From: Syntrophorhabdaceae bacterium
GTDB lineage: Bacteria; Desulfobacterota; Syntrophorhabdia; Syntrophorhabdales; Syntrophorhabdaceae
Assembly: GCA_963666485.2 (NCBI GenBank)
Contig: CAXXUO010000001.1
Span: 672,001-736,000, forward strand
Reading direction: 5' to 3'
Length of the DNA stretch: 64,000 nucleotides
Positions within the stretch are counted from its first letter, which is position 1. Each line of letters starts with the position of its first letter. Under the pieces are notes generated by a model that made no database searches, was not told the origin of the DNA, and saw nothing but the letters and a program-made list of their open reading frames with translations. Position numbers and translations under genes: made by a program. This document shows positions 44,946-53,812 of this stretch, one piece after another.

Positions 44946-47033
44946 TTATCCGGCCCGGCCTTCTGATCGTTCTTTGGAGAAGGAGCCGGGGTGGGTTTGA
45001 ATGAAGCGGCCTGGGGCGGCGGGCCGGGGGGGAGCAATCCTCGCCGGTGCCGGCGTTGATGCCTGGCGTTGCGGTGCCGGCGTTGATGCCTGGCGTTGCA
45101 GCGCCGCCTGCGGTGAGGTGTTCTTCACCGGCTGGTTAAATGAAACTGGCTGCCGGGCGGGGTTGACCGGCGCCGAAGCGGGCGCCGCAGCAACAGGGGC
45201 CGGCCGTTTCTCTGTATATGACGGGTAGGCCCGGTTGGATGAAGGCGCCGGGTTTACGGTAATGGCCCTCACAGCCTGCTGAGGCTCTTTTGCGGGAGGC
45301 CGGACAGGCGATGTGCGGGCTGATGTCGGATTGTCCTGGCTGCCCGGCCTTCCCATGGTAATACTATTTGGCGACGGCGGATTCGCGGCCCGGGGATGGT
45401 CCGCAGGGTCCCGCGCGGGCATCGGCCTTGCCGCTGTCTTATTTGCTTCCGGCTGACGCAGGGGAGTTGCCGGCGGCGGGGAGGAGACTGTTCGACCAAC
45501 TGGCGCGACCGCCGGCGCAGGGGATGGCGCCATTTCCCTGCGTGCATCAGGCGTCGGCAGCACCGCCTGAGGGGACCGAATGTCTTTTTGATTCGCGTTG
45601 CGGGCATTTTCAATACGGGAGCTCAATGCCGTGCCCGGTATTGGCCGCGTCGTGACCTCCGGCCGGACCGCGCCGGCCTGCGGGACACTTGTGCCATGTG
45701 CCGTGAGGTCCTTTTGCCCCGTTGTACTCACCAGGCCCGCCCGGGAAGCCTGTGCGGCAGGTGGCGTTTGCATAGCCGGACCGCGCGCCGGGGCATGTGC
45801 GGGAGTGACGCCCGCAGGCAGGCTGACCTTTCTCAGCGTTACGGCCCCTTTATTCGCCGCTGTGACATTCTGGCTGAGCATACGGTCGCGTTCGACCGCA
45901 ACCATCGAGTTCGCAACCGCGGCATTCCTGTAGCTTGTCCTCGCAGCGGCGGCAGATCTTTCTATCGTGATGTTATTGTTCGTAACATTGAAAACGTTCG
46001 TCTGGCGGATTACGGGGGCCGAGCGGCGGTCATACCGTTCGCCGGGAGCGAGCGGCACCCAGCCGATCTGCCGTGATGAGTGGATCCATGCCACGTGTGC
46101 AGGTTCCCACCGTACATCACGGTGCCTCGGCGGCACCCAGCACCAGCCGGCACGGCCGTAGTGTACCCAGCGTCCGTAATGGTACGGCACGTAACCCCAC
46201 GGCTCGTAGCCTATCCATACATAATTGCCGCCTATCCAGGCCCACCGGCCGTAGCGGTACGGGGACCAGGCACCCACCGCTATTACGGTCGGCACCCAGA
46301 CATATTCATACTCAGGTGTGTAGATCCACTGACCGTTTGCGTCAAGGTCAGGCGAGTATGTCCTGAGTTCCTCCGGCAGGTAGGCGTAGCTGTCGCCCCC
46401 GGCGGCACCCGCGACCAGCGCCGCATCCCTGCTCGCATTCCACTGCATCCATTCGTCCGGGGCACGCAGGGCGGCAACGGCGGGCATTGTCCCGTCCGGT
46501 TTGAACACGAGGCGCTCGCCCTGGCGGATGAGCATCCTTCCCGAACGATCGGAGACAAATATACTGCCTTTCAAGACGGATATCTCGTTTATCCCGTTCG
46601 AATAAGCGTCTATCCTGACCGTCGAGGGCGATGAGATATCGAGGGATGCCCCGGGAATCTCGAAAAATATAGGGACCTCCCGCGATCCACGGGAAACGAC
46701 ATATGCCGTGCCCGGCTGCACATTGAATTGTATGCCCTTTTCATTTATCCCGGTTATTCTTGAAACCGAGTTCCTCCCGATCCGGACAATGCTTCCATCT
46801 TTCAAAAAGAGTTCTGCTTTGCCGTTGGGGCCTGTTACCAGGGAATCGCCTTCGATAAGCGGCGTATTGACAACAGCGTCCATGGCCTGCGGGGAACCCG
46901 CCTCAGAAAGGCTCACTGTCCCCTCGATATACCGGACGTAGAGGGTATCGGGATCGGCTGCCCGGGCAGGGACCATCGAGCCCAGCACAAGCACGGCCAG
47001 AAAACCTGCCATAAAGAAATATGCTCGTTTCAT
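44946..47033 (-). CDS. Secreted FecR plus DUF6600-like protein with a long Pro-rich tail
   Basis: FecR-like N-terminus; DLDANGQW..YEYVWVP..WSPYRYGRWAW..EPWGYVPYHYGRW..GWCWVP..GWVPLAPGE. Confidence 0.85.
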   Translation of the reverse strand: MKRAYFFMAGFLAVLVLGSMVPARAADPDTLYVRYIEGTVSLSEAGSPQAMDAVVNTPLIEGDSLVTGPNGKAELFLKDGSIVRIGRNSVSRITGINEKGIQFNVQPGTAYVVSRGSREVPIFFEIPGASLDISSPSTVRIDAYSNGINEISVLKGSIFVSDRSGRMLIRQGERLVFKPDGTMPAVAALRAPDEWMQWNASRDAALVAGAAGGDSYAYLPEELRTYSPDLDANGQWIYTPEYEYVWVPTVIAVGAWSPYRYGRWAWIGGNYVWIGYEPWGYVPYHYGRWVHYGRAGWCWVPPRHRDVRWEPAHVAWIHSSRQIGWVPLAPGERYDRRSAPVIRQTNVFNVTNNNITIERSAAAARTSYRNAAVANSMVAVERDRMLSQNVTAANKGAVTLRKVSLPAGVTPAHAPARGPAMQTPPAAQASRAGLVSTTGQKDLTAHGTSVPQAGAVRPEVTTRPIPGTALSSRIENARNANQKDIRSPQAVLPTPDARREMAPSPAPAVAPVGRTVSSPPPATPLRQPEANKTAARPMPARDPADHPRAANPPSPNSITMGRPGSQDNPTSARTSPVRPPAKEPQQAVRAITVNPAPSSNRAYPSYTEKRPAPVAAAPASAPVNPARQPVSFNQPVKNTSPQAALQRQASTPAPQRQASTPAPARIAPPRPAAPGRFIQTHPGSFSKERSEGRAG

Positions 47034-47067
47034 ACAATCCCCCGATCTTTCGTCATACAGTGTTATG

Positions 47068-47084
47068 AGCAATCTCTGTACCAA
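47068..47084 (-). promoter_or_regulatory. Candidate sigma-54 promoter
   Basis: TTGGTACAGAGATTGCT, exact GG-N10-GC, ~35 bp upstream of the start. Confidence 0.7.
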
Positions 47085-47274
47085 CGCAAAGGTGTCGGTA
47101 TGTATCTGAATTTACAGGGATCTACCAAAAATGTCTCCCTCAGCGAGGCAAAATGTGTCGATAGGACTTTCACAATACGACAATATTGTCGATACAAGAT
47201 CCCCTTGATTAATGGTAAAGTTTTATAGAGAATGTTGCACCTTCAACGTTCACGTTCAGTCTAACATCACCCCG

Positions 47275-47306
47275 CGTGGAACGTGGAACTGTGGAACCTG
47301 GAACGT
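47275..47306. repeat. CGTGGAA heptamer array (left partner degenerate at ~47241-47258)
   Basis: CGTGGAACGTGGAACTGTGGAACCTGGAACG. Confidence 0.85.
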
Positions 47307-47310
47307 AATT

Positions 47311-47766
47311 ATGATGTACTGTCCCCGCTGCCGAACGAAATATAAGGACCCGGCCGATGTCTGCCGGTACTGCGAGATCCCCCTGGTCGAACAGTTGCCC
47401 TCGATGTCCCTGTCGGATTACCGGGAACGGTCCGACGGGGCCGAAGACGAAGAATACGAGTTCGATACCCCGGCCGATGAAGGCGAAAAGTCTCTCGATC
47501 TCGAAGCCTTGCAGCAAGCCGCCGAAGATCAGAAGGAACGGGTCGGGACCCTTAACCGGTATCTTCTCCTGAGGGTTTTCTGGTTCGCCGCCTGGATCGC
47601 AGCGGGATTCTTTACCGCGTATCTGACGACCCCCGATGACGCCGGCGAAGGGATGAGGCTTCTCATACATGCTGCCTTTCTTACGGCGGCACTGATCCTT
47701 GCCAACCTGATCCTCAGGATACGGGTGGGGCACGATTCACCGGGCCCTGATGATACCGGTACCTGA
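47311..47766 (+). CDS. Hypothetical membrane protein with N-terminal zinc ribbon
   Basis: YCPRC..Y....VCRYCEIPLV, acidic linker, two C-terminal TM helices. Confidence 0.75.
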   Translation: MMYCPRCRTKYKDPADVCRYCEIPLVEQLPSMSLSDYRERSDGAEDEEYEFDTPADEGEKSLDLEALQQAAEDQKERVGTLNRYLLLRVFWFAAWIAAGFFTAYLTTPDDAGEGMRLLIHAAFLTAALILANLILRIRVGHDSPGPDDTGT

Positions 47767-47773
47767 CCCGCTT

Positions 47774-49369
47774 TCACGACATTCGTATCCTGTTGTGCGT
47801 CCTGAAGCCTTTTATTGTCCTGCCCCGCATGGCTTCAAAAAACGCCGCAACAATTTTCGTGTCCTGTAGTTCCTCCACAAAATCATGGGTCCCGGCATCG
47901 AATGCAAGGAAACGTTTTTCTTTGAGGAGGGTTTCGAAGATGTACCGGCTCCGCACGTCCTTTTTCATGCGCGCCGCTCCCGCAAGGTCCGCCATGCACG
48001 ATGCTCCCGGTGTCTCGTCGATGAGCGATTTGAGCAGGTTTACGAACCGGGCGAGCTTCATGAATGTATATGTCATCTTCCGGGTGAAAACGGGGTTCGT
48101 TTCACACATGACGCTGGAGCGGCAATAGCGGAATTCGGGGATGGACCCGCCGGATAGGCTGTTAAAGAGCGAACTGCCGGGCGCCGGATAGTAGATGCTC
48201 GGACCGGGCAGGACGCGTTTTCCCATGAGAAACGTCAGCGTATCGATGATATCGGCGGGTGCCTGTCCCGGAAGGCCTATGATGAAATGCACCTCGATCG
48301 TGAACGGCGACTCTTCGAGCCAATCGAGGAGGTTCAAGAAATTGGCCGGATATGCGCGCCGTTGCGCCGCGTTGACATCGTGCGACGTATCGACCAGGGA
48401 GAAATTCAGGCGCGAAAAGCCGGCCTCGTGCATCTTCTTCAGCGTATCGATGTCCAGGGTCTGGCTGTAGAGGCCGTTCATTGCAGATAGCGTGAGGTCC
48501 CGCCCCTTCATTATGTCGAGCACGCCCTGAAAGAAGGCAATATCAAGGGTCAGCATATCGTCCTCGAAATCGACGGCCTTAATGCCCATCCCGCCAATCT
48601 CATCCGTCTCCCTTTCAATGCTCTTTAGTGTGCGTCTGCGATAGGGGACCGGGGGCTTTCCACAAAATCCGCAGCTGAAAGGACAGCCCCGCGACGTGAG
48701 AAGGAACGTGTACGGTTTTCTTCCGATGCGGTATTTATCCGCAGGCAGGAGGTGGCGTGCGGGGAGCAGGTCTATATCGTCTTCGACATACACGTCACCG
48801 ATACAATGCTGCCCGTTCCGGCGAAACGAGAGGCCTCGGGGTGCGCTCCCGGGGGCCTTGCCTGAAGAAAGGTGCCGGATGAGTTCAAAGAAGGGGGTTT
48901 CTCCTTCCCCGCGGACCACGTAATCGACATTCGGGTCGCCGAGGACGCGCCCGGGGAAAAGCGTGGGATGGGTCCCGCCCATGACCGCGACAACACGCGG
49001 ATCGATCTGCTTCGCTATCGCCGCTATCTGCGCCGCCTCCCGGGAATAGGCCGCGAAGGACGATGATATCCCGATAATGTCCGGGCTTTCGCGGCGGATG
49101 ACGTCGCCTATTTCGTACGTGCCCATGCCGTAGCGCGAATACCGGGTGAAGAGCGAAAAAGGGGTTTTCCTGTCATTGCGGTAAAAGCCGTCGAGTTCGG
49201 GAAAATCATTTTTTATGGCCCGCCCTTTAAATCCTGTCCTGAGATCAAGGATGGAAACATCGCATATGCCTTCGATCCTGGCCGCTATGTATGCAAGGCC
49301 GAGGGGATACGTCCTGATTGAGGTATCGTAAAAATCTTCCACGGGAGGCTGGACCAGGAGGACCTTCAT
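47774..49369 (-). CDS. B12-binding-domain radical SAM protein
   Basis: PLGLAYIAA, MGGTHPT, VRGEGE, TSRGCPFSCGFC, FEDD, FIIGLPG. Confidence 0.9.
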   Translation of the reverse strand: MKVLLVQPPVEDFYDTSIRTYPLGLAYIAARIEGICDVSILDLRTGFKGRAIKNDFPELDGFYRNDRKTPFSLFTRYSRYGMGTYEIGDVIRRESPDIIGISSSFAAYSREAAQIAAIAKQIDPRVVAVMGGTHPTLFPGRVLGDPNVDYVVRGEGETPFFELIRHLSSGKAPGSAPRGLSFRRNGQHCIGDVYVEDDIDLLPARHLLPADKYRIGRKPYTFLLTSRGCPFSCGFCGKPPVPYRRRTLKSIERETDEIGGMGIKAVDFEDDMLTLDIAFFQGVLDIMKGRDLTLSAMNGLYSQTLDIDTLKKMHEAGFSRLNFSLVDTSHDVNAAQRRAYPANFLNLLDWLEESPFTIEVHFIIGLPGQAPADIIDTLTFLMGKRVLPGPSIYYPAPGSSLFNSLSGGSIPEFRYCRSSVMCETNPVFTRKMTYTFMKLARFVNLLKSLIDETPGASCMADLAGAARMKKDVRSRYIFETLLKEKRFLAFDAGTHDFVEELQDTKIVAAFFEAMRGRTIKGFRTHNRIRMS

Positions 49370-49511
49370 CCACCTAGTATAGGGGTATTCCGCGCAATTA
49401 TTCAAGGATACGCGAGACCGCGCCCGACAGGCGATCGCCGGTATATATCACCGAATAAAAATGTGGCGGTTCCTCATTCAAGGTGTTATGAATCTTATAA
49501 GGGGGGAGTTT

Positions 49512-52463
49512 ATGAAACGTTACAAAAAGATCGCCTTCTGGTTCCTTGTCGCACTGGCCCTGTTTACCGTGTGCGGCTTTTTCATCGCTCCGCCCGTCAT
49601 GAAATCGATCCTTGTAAAGAAACTGTCCGCGGCACTTGAAAGACCCGTGACGATCGGCAAGATCAGCGTGAATCCTTACACTCTCACCGTACGCGTTAAG
49701 GGGATCGAGATCGCCGAACGCGGCGGGACGGGAAAATTTGTCTCCGTGGGTGAGATCAGGGCCAGTCTCGGGCTCTCGATCATCCGGGGCATTGTCACCC
49801 TGCACGACATCTCCCTGAAAGACCCCTACGTGAACATCATCCGGAAGGACGATACAACATACAATTTCTCGGACCTGCTTGAAGCCAAGAAGGCACATGA
49901 CGTGGAGAAAGGGAGGATAAAAGATACGACGAATTTCTCTCTGCGCTCCATTTCGATAACAAACGGAAGCGCCGATTTCTGGGACGGCCCCGTGAAAAAG
50001 AAGCACACGGTGCGGGAACTTCACCTTACAGTCCCCCTTCTGTCAAATCTCCATAAATATGAGAAAAAGAACGTTGAACCGGTGCTCACGTTAAAGATCA
50101 ACGACGACCCCTATGTCATACGGGGCATCACCAGGCCTTTTGACGATTCGCTCGAAACGAACTTCGATATCGATTTTAGAAATGTCGATATCCCGTATTA
50201 CCTGGCATACATTCCCCTGAAGATACATTTTACGATGCCGTCCGGATCGCTTGACACGAAGATGCAGCTGTCTTTCCGGCAATACAAAGACCGTACGCCT
50301 TCGCTCACCCTGAAAGGCGACCTCTCGATATCGAACCTCGTCGTCAATGACGCGCGCGGCCAGAAAGTGATCGATCTTCCGGCCCTGAACGTGACATCCC
50401 GCTCGATCGAGCCTCTTGTAAAGAAAATCGAGCTTTCCCGGGTATCCCTGGAAAGACCTGAATTGAACGTTGTCCGTGCAAAGAACGGCGACCTCAATGT
50501 GATAAAGCTCATCCCGGAGGAGGGCAAGACGGACAAAAAGGAAAAAGAGGCGGGAAGCCTTGCCAAAAAGGAGGGGGCCGGCAAGAAGACCGCGCCGCAA
50601 CCCCTTCAACTCGTCATCGATGCCCTGGAGCTCAAAGAAGGAAAGATCACATATTCCGACGCCTCTCTGAAAGACCCGGCAAAGATACTCCTTGAGAAGC
50701 TGGAGATAAAGGGCGAAAAGATATCTCTTGCCAGGGACTCGGCGGGCACATTCGAGGTATCCACGGTCATAAACAAGAAAGGTTCCGCGAAGATCACGGG
50801 AAAACTCGTCGTCGACCCGCTTGCCGTGAATGCAAAGGTCGATGCGAAAGGCATAGATATACGACCATTCGAACCGTATTTTACGGACAGGGTACGGATA
50901 TCCGTTGTGAGCGGGGCTGCGGCGGCGATGGGCGATGTGACCGTAAAAGAGGAAAAGAAAGGTCTCAGGATACAGTACAAGGGGACCACGTCCATAACGA
51001 ACCTGGCATCGGTCGATAAGGAGACGGCGGACAGCCTCCTCAAGTTTAAGTCCCTGCACGTCCGGCACCTCGACCTTGACCTCAATCCGACCGCCGTTGC
51101 GGCAACCGGCGTTTCGCTCACCGACTTTTACGCGAACATTGCCGTGCGGCCAGACAAGACCGTGAACATACAGAACATCATGGCCAGGGATACTGCCGCG
51201 ACGGAAAAGGAAACCCAAAAACCCACACAACCTGCAGAAGGGAAAACTGCACCCGCGAAAGAAGAAGATGTACCGATAAAGATCGACGCTATCACCCTCC
51301 AGGGGGGGACCATCAGGTTCCGGGACGATTCTGTCCGGCCTGCGTTTGCGACGAAACTGGATAATATCGGGGGCCGCATTTCCGGTCTTTCCTCCAAAGC
51401 GAATTCGACGGCGGATGTGGAACTGCGCGGGGCGCTCGACAACACAGCCCCTCTCGAGATCACGGGAAAGATAAACCCGCTCAGCAAGGACCTCTATGTT
51501 GACCTCAAGGCAAGCTTCAAGGACATGGACCTGACGCCGACGAGCCCCTATTCCGGCAAATATGCCGGCTACACCGTGGATAAAGGAAAGCTTTCGTTCG
51601 ACGTCCAGTACCTGATCGAGAACCGCAAGCTCGATTCGAAGAACACCGTGTTCATCGACCAGCTGACATTCGGGGAACGCGTCGAATCACCCGACGCGAC
51701 GAAATTGCCCGTGCGCCTTGCGGTTGCACTTCTCAAGGACAGGAAGGGCCAGATCAAGCTTGACCTCCCCGTCACGGGCAGTCTCGATGACCCGCAGTTC
51801 AGCGTCTGGCGCATCGTTCTCAAGATCATCGTCAACATCCTCACAAAGGCGGCCACTGCGCCCTTTGCCCTCATCGGGTCCATGTTCGGGGGCGGCGAGG
51901 ACCTCGACTATATCGAGTTCGATTACGGAAAGTCCACGCTTAACGACGCCGCCATGAAAAAGGTCTCTGTCATAAACAAGATACTCGCCGAGAAAACCGA
52001 CCTCAAGATGGAGATCCAGGGATACGTCGATAAAGAGCGCGACCGGGAAGGTCTCAAGCAATACCTCGTCCAGAAGAAAGTGCGGGCCCAAAAACTGAAA
52101 GACCTCATGAAGAAAAGCAAAGAATCGATAGACGTGGACGATGTACAGGTAGACCCGAAGGAATACGAAAAATACCTGCGCCTTGCCTACAAGGCGGAAA
52201 AATTCGCCAAGCCCAGGAACGTGATCGGCCTCGAGAAAAGCATCCCTGTTCCCGAGATGGAAAAGCTCATGCTGACAAATACAGTCGTGGCCGAGGACGA
52301 CCTCCATGCCCTCGCCCGCCGCAGGGCGTCAAGAGTGATGGAGCAGATCCTGAAATCCGGCCAGATCGAAGCGGGCCGCCTCTTCGTCGTCGATTCAAAA
52401 ACGATAACCCCGCCGAAGAAGGAAAAGATGAAAGAAAGCAGGGTGGAATTTAAACTGAAATAA
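49512..52463 (+). CDS. DUF748-domain (AsmA-like repeat) envelope protein
   Basis: N-terminal TM anchor; SPYSGKYAGY..KGKL; LPVRLAVALLKDRKGQIKLDLPVTGSLDDPQFS; KAATAPF; OmpA-like C-terminus. Confidence 0.9.
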   Translation: MKRYKKIAFWFLVALALFTVCGFFIAPPVMKSILVKKLSAALERPVTIGKISVNPYTLTVRVKGIEIAERGGTGKFVSVGEIRASLGLSIIRGIVTLHDISLKDPYVNIIRKDDTTYNFSDLLEAKKAHDVEKGRIKDTTNFSLRSISITNGSADFWDGPVKKKHTVRELHLTVPLLSNLHKYEKKNVEPVLTLKINDDPYVIRGITRPFDDSLETNFDIDFRNVDIPYYLAYIPLKIHFTMPSGSLDTKMQLSFRQYKDRTPSLTLKGDLSISNLVVNDARGQKVIDLPALNVTSRSIEPLVKKIELSRVSLERPELNVVRAKNGDLNVIKLIPEEGKTDKKEKEAGSLAKKEGAGKKTAPQPLQLVIDALELKEGKITYSDASLKDPAKILLEKLEIKGEKISLARDSAGTFEVSTVINKKGSAKITGKLVVDPLAVNAKVDAKGIDIRPFEPYFTDRVRISVVSGAAAAMGDVTVKEEKKGLRIQYKGTTSITNLASVDKETADSLLKFKSLHVRHLDLDLNPTAVAATGVSLTDFYANIAVRPDKTVNIQNIMARDTAATEKETQKPTQPAEGKTAPAKEEDVPIKIDAITLQGGTIRFRDDSVRPAFATKLDNIGGRISGLSSKANSTADVELRGALDNTAPLEITGKINPLSKDLYVDLKASFKDMDLTPTSPYSGKYAGYTVDKGKLSFDVQYLIENRKLDSKNTVFIDQLTFGERVESPDATKLPVRLAVALLKDRKGQIKLDLPVTGSLDDPQFSVWRIVLKIIVNILTKAATAPFALIGSMFGGGEDLDYIEFDYGKSTLNDAAMKKVSVINKILAEKTDLKMEIQGYVDKERDREGLKQYLVQKKVRAQKLKDLMKKSKESIDVDDVQVDPKEYEKYLRLAYKAEKFAKPRNVIGLEKSIPVPEMEKLMLTNTVVAEDDLHALARRRASRVMEQILKSGQIEAGRLFVVDSKTITPPKKEKMKESRVEFKLK

Positions 52464-52466
52464 AAA

Positions 52467-52498
52467 CCGGTTCCACGTTCCAGGTCCCACGTTCCACG
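52467..52498. repeat. TTCCACG heptamer array immediately after a stop codon
   Basis: GGTTCCACGTTCCAGGTCCCACGTTCCACG. Confidence 0.85.
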
Positions 52499-52811
52499 AG
52501 GAAGCATCGGTTCAGGGTTTGGATTTACATTTAAGATGGGTCGCTACTACCGGCTTCTCCTTCGCGGAATGTTTTTAAGTGTCTTTTCCGATCCGCCGAG
52601 TGCGGCAAGCTTCTTCGCGCTTTTACGCGAGATAACCGACTCGAGGCCAGGTCTTGTCAGTGCATTTTTTTCTTTGGCTCCCGTCAGGAACTTATTATCT
52701 CATTATCGATATTTCGCATAAGTCCTCTTTTATCTGCAGAAATATGCTACGGGAAATGAATTCTATCAATATACGAAAACTACGGGTAGTATTTGAAAGA
52801 AATCTTGGGTC

Positions 52812-53027
52812 AAAGACACTGGATTCCCGCTTGCGCGGGAATGACGACAGGGGTGTAGAGGTTCAGATCTTGCAGTACAGTCCCCAGCCTTTCCGAAACC
52901 TCCATCTACCGTCTTCCCGGCCGTAAGAGCCGGGACCCAAGGTTTTGCCTTTCATTTTTCCGCAACGATAAAATGAACAAAATTATAAAAACCAAACCTT
53001 GGGTCCCGGGTCAAGCCCGGGAAGACG
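52812..53027. repeat. REP singlet (52812-52846) and inverted REP doublet (52910-52942 / 52997-53027)
   Basis: Same hairpin families as at 18.4, 31.9, 40.2 and 42.1 kb. Confidence 0.9.
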
Positions 53028-53136
53028 ATTGAAGTTAAGTTAAACAACCCCGACCCAAGAGAATGTGCCGCCGGTCACCCCATTTAATTTTCTCAACGTG
53101 TCCTGACAGATGAGAACCTTTGCAAGGGGGTAGAAG

Positions 53137-53178
53137 CCTTACGCCTTACGCCTTACGCCTTACGCCTTACGCCTTACG
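53137..53178. repeat. (CCTTACG)x6 heptamer array abutting the ATPase D stop codon
   Basis: Six exact units; on the minus strand it reads CGTAAGG right after TAA, as at gatB. Confidence 0.95.
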
Positions 53179-53179
53179 A

Positions 53180-53800
53180 TTACGTTGCCAGCCTGTCGCG
53201 GATCATCTTCAGAATGATGAGCGATTCGCGCTCCCTTTCTTCCAGGGAGCCCGTGATGTATTCGATCGTTTCCTGGTACTGAGGTATGAATATCTTGGAA
53301 AGGGCGTTCGTTCGCCTTTGGGTGCGGCGCAATTCCCGTGCGAGGCGCATGACCGCGTTCTCGAGTTCCGCAAGGTCGGCGAGAAGCGGCAGGACGTCGA
53401 CGAATTTGGCCATGGTGATATCCGTGTTCGATGACGTTCCCCCGACGCCGAACCGAACGCCCATCGGCTCGGCCCTGACGCTCACCCTGGGCACGCCCAT
53501 GCCCATCAGCCGGTCATCGGTCATTTCTATATCGTGCTTCATTGAAACGCCGAGTGTCGCCCGGTCGATCGCCTCAGAGCCGATGTCGAGCGTCGCCTCC
53601 CTGAGTGCCTCGAAGGCCTGCCGCAGCGCCTCGGCCACCCGTTTTTCCGCTTCCTCCGCCCGGTTAAGGCGGCTCATGAGCTCAAATATGAGGATCTGCC
53701 GCTTCTGCTCGAGAAGGTCGTACCCCTCCTGGGCAAAATCGAGCTGCCTCTCGAGGTTCAGGAGATTTGATTTCGTCGGTGCAACGTTGAGTTTCGCCAT
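53180..53800 (-). CDS. V/A-type ATP synthase subunit D
   Basis: NVAPTKSNLL..AQEGYDLLEQKR; RTQRRTNAL..IFIP; LEERERE. Confidence 0.93.
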   Translation of the reverse strand: MAKLNVAPTKSNLLNLERQLDFAQEGYDLLEQKRQILIFELMSRLNRAEEAEKRVAEALRQAFEALREATLDIGSEAIDRATLGVSMKHDIEMTDDRLMGMGVPRVSVRAEPMGVRFGVGGTSSNTDITMAKFVDVLPLLADLAELENAVMRLARELRRTQRRTNALSKIFIPQYQETIEYITGSLEERERESLIILKMIRDRLAT

Positions 53801-53812
53801 ATACGTCTTCCC

